DNA of 64,000 nt, taken from the NCBI GenBank assembly GCA_037189525.1, contig JBBCJC010000011.1, positions 11,634 through 75,633 on the forward strand, read 5' to 3'. Source of the stretch: Gemmatimonadales bacterium. Lineage in GTDB: Bacteria; Gemmatimonadota; Gemmatimonadetes; Gemmatimonadales; GWC2-71-9. Every line of letters begins with the position of its first letter. Position 1 is the stretch's first letter. The position numbers and the translations under genes were made by a program. Below the pieces are notes generated by a model. The model had not been told where the DNA came from, made no database searches, and worked only from the letters and a program-made list of their open reading frames with translations. Below, piece after piece: positions 1-10,904 of this stretch.

Positions 1-887
1 CCCGGTATGAGTACAACAACTTCGCCTACGGCATGGCCGGCCTCCTGGTGGAGAAGATCTCGGGCGTCGAATACGAGAAGTACATGGTCGAGAACATTCT
101 CAAGCCGCTCGGCGTCAAGACGCCGCATCCGGTGTATCCGTCGCCCGACATGGTGGAGCTGCTGGCGCTGCCGTACAATGCCGGCGGTTCGCATGGCACG
201 CCACGGCCCGAGCAACAGGTGCACTTCGACGTCTATCCGGCAGGTGACATCTACCTGACCGCCGAAGACATGGCGCGATTCCTTGGTGCCCACCTCAACG
301 GCGGAGTTTTCAACGGCAACCGGATCCTCTCGGAAGAGTCGATCAAGGCGATGCACGAGCCGCGGTTCGGCAGCAACTACGGATTTGGCTTCACGGTCAC
401 CAAGGACAGCGCCACGGGGCACACGCTGATCAACCACGGCGGTGCGATTCCCGGCCAGCGCGCGTTCATGATCGGCGACGTCGATGCCCGGGTTGGCGTC
501 TACTACATGACCAATTCCGATTTTCTGCCGGACAGTCCGACCCGCTATTCGGAACTGGTGGAAGCCGCGCTGCGGTTGCTGCGCGGCGAGGAACCGCTGC
601 CGCGGGTCGAGAAGAAGGGAGTCGCAGTGGACGAGAAGGTCCTCGACCGTTATGTCGGCACCTACCAGCTCGAGAACACGACGATCGTGATCAGCCGGAT
701 CGGCAAGGCGCTCGTATTCCAGCAGGGCGAGAGCCCCGCCAAGTATGAATTGTTTGCCGAGACGCCGGTTCGCTTCTTCCGGCGGAACAGCAACGCCATC
801 ATCACGTTCGAGGGAGATGGTAACGCGATCGATCGCCTCATCGTGGGAACGGGTGATCAGCGGCGGACTGCCACTCGTCGTCGGTAG
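1..887 (+). CDS. Serine hydrolase, beta-lactamase/PBP family, with a C-terminal accessory domain (5'-truncated by the window)
   Basis: Frame open from position 3 (RYEYNNFAYGMAGLLVEKISG, YxN motif); contains ILKPLG, PAGDIY..AEDMARFL and the HGG motif. Confidence 0.85.
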   Translation, partial: RYEYNNFAYGMAGLLVEKISGVEYEKYMVENILKPLGVKTPHPVYPSPDMVELLALPYNAGGSHGTPRPEQQVHFDVYPAGDIYLTAEDMARFLGAHLNGGVFNGNRILSEESIKAMHEPRFGSNYGFGFTVTKDSATGHTLINHGGAIPGQRAFMIGDVDARVGVYYMTNSDFLPDSPTRYSELVEAALRLLRGEEPLPRVEKKGVAVDEKVLDRYVGTYQLENTTIVISRIGKALVFQQGESPAKYELFAETPVRFFRRNSNAIITFEGDGNAIDRLIVGTGDQRRTATRRR

Positions 888-1110
888 TATCTATCAGCTC
901 GGCGCCGGCTCGGGTCACTTGGGAATCAGATGTCCGACCGGCGCCCAGCGATATCCCGGGCGATCTGCCGCGAAGCCATTGAGGGTGCGCCCTGGCAATC
1001 AATCCGTAGTGGTCCGGGTGGCCGTGAGATAAGATCAGGCCGAGAAGTGATGGAGACCCGTTGCCAATCCCACCAATCTCAGGGGCACCGCGGTGGATAC
1101 ACGCTCGCAT
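838..1110 (-). pseudogene. Internally deleted relic of an MBL-fold (RNase J-like) metallohydrolase
   Basis: N-terminus MRACIHRGAPEIGG followed almost immediately by LILSHGHPDHYGL (HxHxDH); only 90 aa and runs into the convergent gene. Confidence 0.55.
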
Positions 1111-1335
1111 GTTCAGGTACCCCAGGTAGCGGATACGTCGGGTCGGACGTTTTGCGCTACGAAGTCAGTGCTTGGGCTCGCCTGAGGATTGCCGCGATAT
1201 AGCCTGATCGCCTTGAGGTGGCCTTCGGATGCATCCGCCCCATTGTATCGGCAGTCAATGTACTGCGCCAGTGTGACACGCGTGGTATACTGGTCAGGCC
1301 CGAGGCCTTTGAAGTGCCGCCTGTTTTGCTGGCCC

Positions 1336-1635
1336 TCAGGCTGAGGCGACGAATTCGCGGATGCGCTGCACCAGTTCCCGAATGTAGGCCATTTCCCTTC
1401 CGCTCGGTGCGCCCCCAAAATGCCGCCACCGCCGCTGCTCGAAGAACAGGCACGCTCGTGCGTTGGTGAGCGAATCATGCCGGCATTCGTTGGCGATCGC
1501 GGCGCACGCTTCGAACGAACCCAGTCGCTCGTAGCCGTTGAACGTCAAAGCGAAGCGACCGATCTCCCCCCAGCGGGCAGTCGGCTCGGGAATGTCATCG
1601 AGCGTCAAGTCCTCGTTGGTGATTTCCTGGACCAT
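1336..1635 (-). CDS. Hypothetical protein, 99 aa
   Basis: ATG at 1635 with a purine-rich RBS (AGGTAGGGA); globular-looking sequence FALTFNGYE...CLFFEQRRWRHFG. Confidence 0.7.
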   Translation of the reverse strand: MVQEITNEDLTLDDIPEPTARWGEIGRFALTFNGYERLGSFEACAAIANECRHDSLTNARACLFFEQRRWRHFGGAPSGREMAYIRELVQRIREFVASA

Positions 1636-1640
1636 TGTCC

Positions 1641-2832
1641 CTACCTGCTGCGATCGGGAACGATGTACAGGACCACGACATGCTCTTCGCCCTCCTCGTC
1701 GGTTGCGACGCAAAGGAGGCGGTTGCCATCGCGGTCGAGCAGCCGGTGATCTGCCGGGAGGTCCACGATGAACCGCATCGTCCCATCCGCCTCAAAGGCG
1801 GCCCAGCGATCGGGATCGTACCAGGTGGGCTGCATCGGGTTGGGGTTGGGCGGCAGCAACTCGGCCGGGATCCGTTTGCCAGGTGCGGAGAGCTGAGCCC
1901 ACACCGTTCCCGTGGCGTCCGTCTGGATCCGATGGACCGGCTGCTTTCGTTCAGGGAGCGAACCGAGCGGTTTACCCAGCAACCGGTTCAGCTGGTCGAC
2001 GACCGCCTGCATGTCCGCTCGCTCGTCTGCCCCGTACTCCGGAGGCAACCCCGGCCACTCGGCGACGAGCACGGTGCCGTCCGGCGCGATACGCGTCATT
2101 CGATTCGGCCCCGGTACGGTGGTCAGCACGGAGCTATCGGAGCCGACGGTTCGGATGCGTCCAGGGGTGATGCCGTCGGGGGTCGGTTCCGTCAGGAGTT
2201 GGGCTGGCGGGTGTACCGTGTCTCGTACGGCGCCGGTCGAATCGAAGTGAAACCACCCGAACCGGCCCACGCGGGTCGGCGTATTCGGTTCGAAGAGCGC
2301 CGTGATGTACCAGCCGCCATGTCGGTCGGGGGTGACGACCCACCCCGTCGCGACTTCCGGGGGGGAGTGTCAGGGTCGCCAGCACCTCTCCGCTTGACGC
2401 GAAGCGCACGGCGCGGGTGGTGCGCATCTCCTTGGCCAGCATCGACCGGTTGGCGAGTCGGAAGATCTGCAATGGTGCGCGATACTCACCCGGGCCGGCG
2501 CCCTGCCGTCCCGCCTGTCCGATCTGCGCGCCGAGCGAGTCGAGCAGGACGATTCGGGCGCCATTACGCGCGGCGCCGTCGAACAGCCAGATGGTCCCGT
2601 CGGGCCCGAAGGCGCCGGCATCGATGCGGCCAAGGTCGGCGGCCGACGCGCCGATACGCAGCACCTCCTCCAGTCCTACGGGTCCCTCCGTTCCCTCGGC
2701 GGGCGACGAGACGAAGGTGGTGTCGCCCGCACTCCGGCGCGAAACGCCACTATCCGTGCCCGCGCTGCTGCATGCCTGCGTCAGAGCTGCCGCGACTACA
2801 ATGCTGAAGAGTCGCCCCGCCGTCCTCGTCAT
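1641..2832 (-). pseudogene. Secreted/lipoprotein beta-propeller-like protein split by a one-base insertion in a C7 tract (real frameshift or sequencing error)
   Basis: ORF 2134-2832 has a signal peptide with Cys and GRQGAGPGEY; removing one G from G7 at 2359-2365 gives LPPEVATGWVVTPDRHGGWY...VGRFGWF, in frame with ORF 1641-2270. Confidence 0.75.
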
Positions 2833-2944
2833 GTCAGGTGCTTCCGCCTCCCGGCACGGGAACTAGCCGCCGATTCTTGTGCCAGCCCGCCCCGAGTCAA
2901 TACGAAACGACTGCTCTCCTCGCCCGGCCGTCGGCTCGGGAAGG

Positions 2945-3688
2945 TCATCGAGCTTCAGGTCCGTTCTGAGCCGAAATAGTCGCCTCGCTTGGCTGCTTGA
3001 CGCCAACGATCAGGAGCCAGAGGCAGGTGCCGATCTCTCCTAACCCGGAGGGCAATGACATCAGGCTTGCGATACCGCTCTGCCCATAGTCGCGCGAAAA
3101 GGATTGCCCCAGCACGTTCACCAGATAGCCGAAACACCCAGCCATCAGCAGAACACCCAATATGCGTGGGAGAAAGCCGGACCTGAATACGAGATAGCCG
3201 AACGGCAGCAACCAGAGCCCCCAGAAGATCTCCGAGGCCAGGAGCCCGTTGCCGTAGGCATCCAGCGACAGCATTACCTGCGCATTCAGGTGCTCATTCG
3301 TGAACGCACGCAAGTAGTCTGCCCCACTCAGCAGCGACAGAACGTTGAGTTTGTTGAGCAGGTTGACGAGCGAGATCGGGACGCTGACCACCGCGAATGC
3401 CACCATGAATACCGCGGCGCCTGCGTGGACGTGGCTGAGCAGCCTGTACAAGGCAAAGGGCAGCAACAGGAACGTCGTGTAGCAGACCAAGCCAGCGACG
3501 ATGCCCAATCGAAACAGTTGCTCCGATGCCACGATATTCCGGACCGTCGCCGACGGGTCGCCCTGCACGGTGATCTGTGATGGAACGTAAAGAAGACTGA
3601 AGCCCCCGGTTACCACGACGATCAGGTACAGCAGGCCCGCCGTTCTCGCGATCGTCTTCCTTGTGTCTCGGTTCACTGTCATTGTCAT
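2945..3688 (-). CDS. DUF4386-like multi-pass membrane protein
   Basis: ARTAGLLYL start, about 6 TM helices, FWGLWLLPFGYLVFRSGFLPRILG and GEIGTCLWLLIVG motifs. Confidence 0.8.
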   Translation of the reverse strand: MTMTVNRDTRKTIARTAGLLYLIVVVTGGFSLLYVPSQITVQGDPSATVRNIVASEQLFRLGIVAGLVCYTTFLLLPFALYRLLSHVHAGAAVFMVAFAVVSVPISLVNLLNKLNVLSLLSGADYLRAFTNEHLNAQVMLSLDAYGNGLLASEIFWGLWLLPFGYLVFRSGFLPRILGVLLMAGCFGYLVNVLGQSFSRDYGQSGIASLMSLPSGLGEIGTCLWLLIVGVKQPSEATISAQNGPEAR

Positions 3689-3757
3689 GACGTTCCTTCG
3701 AGCCGCGCAGGGCGATGGATGCGGCTTGCTATTCCGATGCGCGCGGAGGCTGGATAC

Positions 3758-3795
3758 GTAGAGGGGCGGGAGAGTGTCCTCTTCCGCCCCTCTGC
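3758..3795 (-). terminator. GC-rich hairpin downstream of gyrB
   Basis: gtagaggggcgggagag-tgtc-ctcttccgcccctctgc inverted repeat about 20 nt after the gyrB stop; no clear U-tract. Confidence 0.55.
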
Positions 3796-3816
3796 TACCT
3801 CATCCGCCGATCAGCA

Positions 3817-5868
<2,052 letters not shown>

Positions 5869-6034
5869 TTAATGGGGTCAGGCCCTATTTCAGAGTCCGG
5901 AGACCGACCGATTTCGGCCCGGTGCGTGGTCCCGAACGCCCCGGCGCGATTACTTTCGAACCGACTGGTTACGACACCCCCGCGTGGGAGGCAGCATTGC
6001 CCGCGCGGCTTCACACTCTCGTGAGCGATCCGTT

Positions 6035-6616
6035 ATGGAAGAAGCGACCCCCCAGGGCCAGAAGTCCGGTCCGCCCGAGATGATTGCCGATCGGCTGTTC
6101 AAGGCGCGGACGGTGATTATCGCCGGAGAAATCAATCAGCGCGTGGCCGCATCGGTGGCGTCCCAACTCCTGGCCCTCTCGGCCGAGTCGTCGGACGACA
6201 TCACCATCTTCGTGAGCAGCCCGGGCGGCCATGTCGAGTCGGGGGACATGATCCACGACATGATCCGCTTCATCACCCCGCGGGTCCGGATGGTCGGGTC
6301 CGGCTGGGTGGCCAGCGCCGGGGCCCTGATCTACGTGGCGGTGCCCCGCGAGGACCGTTTCTGTCTGCCCAACACCCGGTTCCTGCTGCACCAGCCGTCG
6401 GGTGGCGCCGGCGGGGCCGCGTCGGACATCGAGATCGAAGCCCGGGAAATCATCCGGATGCGCGACCGGCTCAATCGGGTCTTTGCTCGGCAGACCGGCC
6501 AGCCGCTCGACCGGATCGAAGAGGACACCCACCGGAACTTCTGGCTCTCTGCGGAGGAAGCGATCGCCTACGGGCTGGTCGGACAGATCGTGGAGGATCA
6601 GGGCCAGGTCAAGTAA
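6035..6616 (+). CDS. clpP: ATP-dependent Clp protease proteolytic subunit (Ser-His-Asn type)
   Basis: [32 protein letters not shown]. Confidence 0.92.
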   Translation: MEEATPQGQKSGPPEMIADRLFKARTVIIAGEINQRVAASVASQLLALSAESSDDITIFVSSPGGHVESGDMIHDMIRFITPRVRMVGSGWVASAGALIYVAVPREDRFCLPNTRFLLHQPSGGAGGAASDIEIEAREIIRMRDRLNRVFARQTGQPLDRIEEDTHRNFWLSAEEAIAYGLVGQIVEDQGQVK

Positions 6617-6629
6617 CCTGCTCCAAGTC

Positions 6630-6675
6630 AAAAACGACGGGCGGCCACCGCGATCGGGTGGCCGCCTGTTTTCGT
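6630..6675. terminator. Bidirectional rho-independent terminator between convergent clpP and msrB
   Basis: AAAAA...ggcggccacc-gcgatcg-ggtggccgcc-TGTTTT. Confidence 0.75.
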
Positions 6676-7080
6676 TCAGGCCCGGTCGAAGTCGAGCGAG
6701 GCGGAGTTGATGCAGTAGCGGAGACCAGTCGGTCGCGGCCCATCGGGAAAGAGATGGCCGAGATGACTGCCACATTTGGCGCAGTGGACCTCGACCCGCC
6801 GCATCCCTAAGCTGGTGTCGACCTGCTCCTCGACCGCGTCCTTGGCGACCACGTTGCTGAAGCTGGGCCAGCCGGTTCCCGAATCGAACTTGGTGTCCGA
6901 GGCAAAGAGCGCCGCGCCACATCCCTTGCAGCGGTAGGTGCCCTCGCCATGCTCGTCCCAGTAGGCACCGGTAAAGGCCCGCTCGGTGCCGCGCTCCCGC
7001 AGGATCCGGTACTGGTCCGGCGTCAGCTCCGCACGCCACTCGGCGTCGGTTTTGATCACTTTCTCGTTGGTCTCACTCAT
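6676..7080 (-). CDS. msrB: Peptide methionine-(R)-sulfoxide reductase
   Basis: GTERAFTG, two CxxC Zn sites, [24 protein letters not shown]. Confidence 0.97.
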   Translation of the reverse strand: MSETNEKVIKTDAEWRAELTPDQYRILRERGTERAFTGAYWDEHGEGTYRCKGCGAALFASDTKFDSGTGWPSFSNVVAKDAVEEQVDTSLGMRRVEVHCAKCGSHLGHLFPDGPRPTGLRYCINSASLDFDRA

Positions 7081-7418
7081 CGGTTCTCCTCACCAGAATC
7101 AGCAGGTACTGCGGCGCGCGAGCCGACCAGGCAGCGAAGTCCCTTGATCTTGCCGGTGCGCCCTTCGTTGAGCCGTTCCAGAATGCGCGGCGCCATCAGC
7201 GAAAGCTCCGCGGCCCACGGGGAGGTCCGAACCCGGACCCACAGGATCCCGTCGGCCGTGACCGCTTCGGCCCGCGCATTGGCGGCCACCCGGTCGCCCA
7301 CGATTTCGGCCCAGCGCTCGACCGCGCCGGCCAGATCGAGCCGTTTGGTCAGCCCCGACTTGCTCAGGTACTGGCCGACCAGTTCGCCCAGAGGCGCGGG
7401 ACGCTGACGCGAACTCAT
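7077..7418 (-). CDS. DUF721/DciA-family protein (helicase-loading factor-like)
   Basis: [10 protein letters not shown]...SPWAAEL pattern; overlaps the recF stop, the usual recF-DUF721 context. Confidence 0.8.
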   Translation of the reverse strand: MSSRQRPAPLGELVGQYLSKSGLTKRLDLAGAVERWAEIVGDRVAANARAEAVTADGILWVRVRTSPWAAELSLMAPRILERLNEGRTGKIKGLRCLVGSRAAVPADSGEENR

Positions 7419-8509
7419 GCGGCGCGGCGCTCCGACAGCCGGACCACGCGACCGGCCTCGATCTCGACGATGGGAAGCCCGAGGCCATCGGGCAGTTCGT
7501 CGAGCCGCGGTGCCGAGACGAAGACCTGTCCTCCGGGCCGAGTCAGGCGCGCCGCCAGCCGCTCCTGCCGTCCGCGATCGAGCTCGGCAAAGACGTCATC
7601 GAGCAGCAGGGCGGGGGGCTGGCCGTGCGCAGCTGCCAGGGTGTCGCGCTCGCAGAGCTTGAGGGCAATCGCTGCGGTCCGCTGCTGGCCGGTCGACCCG
7701 GCCACCCGGAGCGGATGGCCGTCCAGCTCGAAGATCAGATCGTCGCGATGCGGACCGAGCGAGGTGGCCCCCAGGGCCCGGTCCCGGGCGCGTTGCGCCT
7801 GGAGCAGCGGCGCCCAAGCCTCGACCTCCGCCAGCTCGGCACGGCCGCGGTAGCGCAGCGTTACCGGCATCGGTTCGCCCAGTTCATCGCACGCGCCGGT
7901 CCACTCGGCGGCGAAGCGTTCGACCCAGTCGAGCCGTTCGCGAATCACCACCGCGCCGTAGCGGGCCACCAGCGGGTCGAAGGCCCAGGCGGCGTCCGGC
8001 TCGTGTTTGCGGAGCGCCGCGTTGCGCTGCTCCACCGCGGTCCGGTAGCGGCGCAGTGCCGTCAGGTACGCAGTGCTGGACAGCGCCAGGACGCGGTCCA
8101 GGAACTGGCGTCGCTCCGAGGCGCCGCCCGCTACCAGTCCCACGTCGGTCGGCAGAAAGGCCACCGCGAGCCAGAGGCCCAGGGCGTCGACCATCCGTTC
8201 GGGCACCGCGCCGTCGACGGCAATCCGTTTACGGCGACCGGTGGTGGCAAAGCCGGCTTCGATGGTGTGGCTCCCGCTCTGTCGCTCGAGGTGGAGCCGG
8301 CCATGGAAGGCCGGCGCCCCATGGCGGACCAGATCCTGGTCGCGGACGCCGCGGAGACTCCGGAAGAGAACCGGGTAGTAGATCAGTTCGAGCAGATTGG
8401 TCTTGCCATGGCCGTTGGGACCCAGCAGTACGGCCCCCTCGCCGGGCAATTCCAGGTCGAGGCGCTCCAGGTTACGGAAATCGGTCGCCTCGACCCGGGT
8501 CGCACGCAT
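7415..8509 (-). CDS. recF: DNA replication and repair protein RecF
   Basis: FRNL, GPNGHGKTNLLE, ERRQFLD, GPHRDDL, STGQQR, LLLDDVFAELD. Confidence 0.96.
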   Translation of the reverse strand: MRATRVEATDFRNLERLDLELPGEGAVLLGPNGHGKTNLLELIYYPVLFRSLRGVRDQDLVRHGAPAFHGRLHLERQSGSHTIEAGFATTGRRKRIAVDGAVPERMVDALGLWLAVAFLPTDVGLVAGGASERRQFLDRVLALSSTAYLTALRRYRTAVEQRNAALRKHEPDAAWAFDPLVARYGAVVIRERLDWVERFAAEWTGACDELGEPMPVTLRYRGRAELAEVEAWAPLLQAQRARDRALGATSLGPHRDDLIFELDGHPLRVAGSTGQQRTAAIALKLCERDTLAAAHGQPPALLLDDVFAELDRGRQERLAARLTRPGGQVFVSAPRLDELPDGLGLPIVEIEAGRVVRLSERRAA

Positions 8510-8527
8510 ACTGCGAAGATAGTCGGG

Positions 8528-9313
8528 TCAGCGCCCCGTGAAGTTGGGGGCGCGTTTGGCCAGAAATGCGGCAGCGCCCTCCTGGGCGTCTTCGGTCGCG
8601 AAGAGGCTGCCGAAGTGGCTCGACTCGAGACTCAGCGCGTCATCGGTCTGGAGCCCTTCCTGGAGATTGGCCAGCTCGATGCAGGCGGCCACCGCCAGCG
8701 GCGCGTTGACCAGGATGGCCTTGGCAATCTTCTCCGCCTCCGCCAGCAGTTGGTCGGCCGGGTAGACCCGGTTGACCAGGCCGATCCGATCGGCCTCGCG
8801 GGCGTCGATCATCCCGCCGGTCGTCAAGAGTTCCAGCGCGCGCCCCTTGCCCACCAGGCGGGCCAGGCGGACGGTGCCGCCGTAGCCCGGCGGAATGCCG
8901 AGTTTCACCTCGGGCTGGCCGAACTTGGCGTTCTCGCTGGCAATCCGGATGTGACACGCCATGGCCAGTTCGCAACCGCCGCCCAGGGCAAACCCGTTGA
9001 CGGCGGCAATGTACGGCTTGGCGCTGGTCTCGATGCTCCGGAAGATGCCGGAGCCCTTGGTCGAGAGCCGGCGGGCGGCCACGCCCTTGAGATTCTGAAA
9101 TTCGCTGATGTCGGCTCCGGCCACGAAGGCCTTGGGGCCGGCACCGGTGAGGATGGCGGCGCGGATGTCGGAGGATTGGCGCACCAGATCCACCGCCTTG
9201 CCCAGTTCATCGATCACCTGGGCATTCAGCGCATTGAGTTTGTCGGGACGGTTGATGGTGATGAACGCGATGCCATCGCGCGGCTCGAAGAGCAGGGTCG
9301 AGAAGGTGCTCAT
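8528..9313 (-). CDS. Enoyl-CoA hydratase/crotonase
   Basis: NRPDKLNALN, FVAGADI, ALGGGCELAMAC, GQPEVKLG; start could be 9322. Confidence 0.92.
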   Translation of the reverse strand: MSTFSTLLFEPRDGIAFITINRPDKLNALNAQVIDELGKAVDLVRQSSDIRAAILTGAGPKAFVAGADISEFQNLKGVAARRLSTKGSGIFRSIETSAKPYIAAVNGFALGGGCELAMACHIRIASENAKFGQPEVKLGIPPGYGGTVRLARLVGKGRALELLTTGGMIDAREADRIGLVNRVYPADQLLAEAEKIAKAILVNAPLAVAACIELANLQEGLQTDDALSLESSHFGSLFATEDAQEGAAAFLAKRAPNFTGR

Positions 9314-9421
9314 GGGCGTCATCGTCGGGGTAAAGGGAGAGTCCAGGCAGTGTCTGTGCTATCATAGTTTAGCGGCTGCCGGGCCGATTCCCTACACCTC
9401 TGACTTTCGCTCCGAGCTGAC

Positions 9422-10897
9422 ATGTCTTCGATCCTCGCCCTCGATCAGGGCACCACCAGTTCGCGCGCCATGGTCATCCACCAGGATGGCACGGTGCTCG
9501 GTCAGGCCCAGTACGAGTTCGCGCAGCATTTTCCGGAGCCCGGTTGGGTCGAGCACGATCCGCGGGATCTCTGGAACACCACGGTGCGGGCCGCGCGCGA
9601 AGCGATCCGCGCCGCGGGGGAGCGTCCGACCGGGATCGGGATTACCAATCAGCGGGAGACGACGGTCCTCTGGGACCGGCGGACGCTGGAACCGGTGGCG
9701 CCGGCCATCGTCTGGCAGGACCGGCGGACCAGCGCGCGCTGTGCGGAGCTGGCGGCTGCCGGTCGTGAGCCCGATCTCCGGAATCGGACGGGGCTGGTGC
9801 TCGATCCGTACTTCTCCGCCACCAAGCTGGAGTGGCTCCTTGCCCAGGGCGATTTGCGGCAGCGCGCCGAACGGGGGGAACTGGCATTCGGCACGGTGGA
9901 CAGCTGGTTGATGGCCAAGCTGACGGGTGGCGCGCTGCACGCGACCGATCCGACCAACGCGAGCCGCACACTGCTGTTCAACCTGCGGCGCCACGACTGG
10001 GACCCGGAATTGCTCGACTTGTTCGGGGTGCCGGTATCGCTGCTGCCCGAAGTCAGGCCGTCGAGCGGCGTGATGGGCGAGACCCTGTCCGAAATTTTCG
10101 GAGCGCCACTCCCGATTGCCGGTGTCGCCGGCGACCAGCAGGCCGCGCTCTTCGGGCAGGGCTGTGTCGCGCCGGGTATGGCGAAGAACACCTACGGCAC
10201 CGGCGCGTTCCTGCTGCTCTATGCAGGTAGCGAAGCGCCGATTCCTCCGGCGGGGCTCCTGGCCACCGCCGCCTGCAATGCGGAAGGAGGGCTCGGCTAT
10301 GCGTTGGAGGGCAGCGTCTTCATTGCGGGCGCGGTGATCCAGTGGCTCCGCGACGGTCTCGGCGTGCTGGCCACGGCGCGCGAATCTGCGGACCTGGCGT
10401 CGTCGGTGGTCGATACGGGAGGCGTCTACTTCGTGCCGGCGTTCGTGGGGCTGGGGTCGCCCTACTGGGAACCGGAGGCGCGTGGCATCATCACCGGTCT
10501 GACGCGGGCGACCGGGCGGGCTCACCTGGTGCGCGCGGCGCTCGAATCCATGGCTTACTCCACCCGCGACCTGCTGCGCACCATGCTCGAGGGGACTCGG
10601 CTCGAAATTCCGGTGCTTCGGGTCGACGGCGGGGCCGCGGCCAACCCGCGCCTGATGCAGTTCCAGGCCGATCTGCTCGATGTGCCGGTCGAGCGCCCCG
10701 ACTGCGTCGAAACGACCGCGCTTGGTGCGGCGGCGTTGGCGGGAATTGCTATCGGCGTCTGGCCTTCGATCGGTGAGTTCGTCGCAAGCCGCCGTTTCGA
10801 AACCTTCCACCCGGCCGCCGACGCCGCCAGCCGCGAATGCTGGATTGCCGGGTGGGAACGGGCCGTTTCGACGGCGCTCCATTGGGCCCGCGCCTGA
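9422..10897 (+). CDS. glpK: Glycerol kinase
   Basis: ALDQGTTSSR, GITNQRET, AIVWQDRRT, DPYFSATK, AGDQQAALFGQ, KNTYGTG. Confidence 0.95.
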   Translation: MSSILALDQGTTSSRAMVIHQDGTVLGQAQYEFAQHFPEPGWVEHDPRDLWNTTVRAAREAIRAAGERPTGIGITNQRETTVLWDRRTLEPVAPAIVWQDRRTSARCAELAAAGREPDLRNRTGLVLDPYFSATKLEWLLAQGDLRQRAERGELAFGTVDSWLMAKLTGGALHATDPTNASRTLLFNLRRHDWDPELLDLFGVPVSLLPEVRPSSGVMGETLSEIFGAPLPIAGVAGDQQAALFGQGCVAPGMAKNTYGTGAFLLLYAGSEAPIPPAGLLATAACNAEGGLGYALEGSVFIAGAVIQWLRDGLGVLATARESADLASSVVDTGGVYFVPAFVGLGSPYWEPEARGIITGLTRATGRAHLVRAALESMAYSTRDLLRTMLEGTRLEIPVLRVDGGAAANPRLMQFQADLLDVPVERPDCVETTALGAAALAGIAIGVWPSIGEFVASRRFETFHPAADAASRECWIAGWERAVSTALHWARA

Positions 10898-10904
10898 TCC
10901 GTAG

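Noticed and set aside
1..887. Antibiotic-resistance beta-lactamase
   Set aside because: The HGG motif and C-terminal accessory domain fit generic serine hydrolases/peptidases; the SxxK region is outside the window
9422..10897. glpK as part of the electron-conduit system
   Set aside because: Convergent orientation and no glpD/glpF nearby; adjacency alone is not evidence
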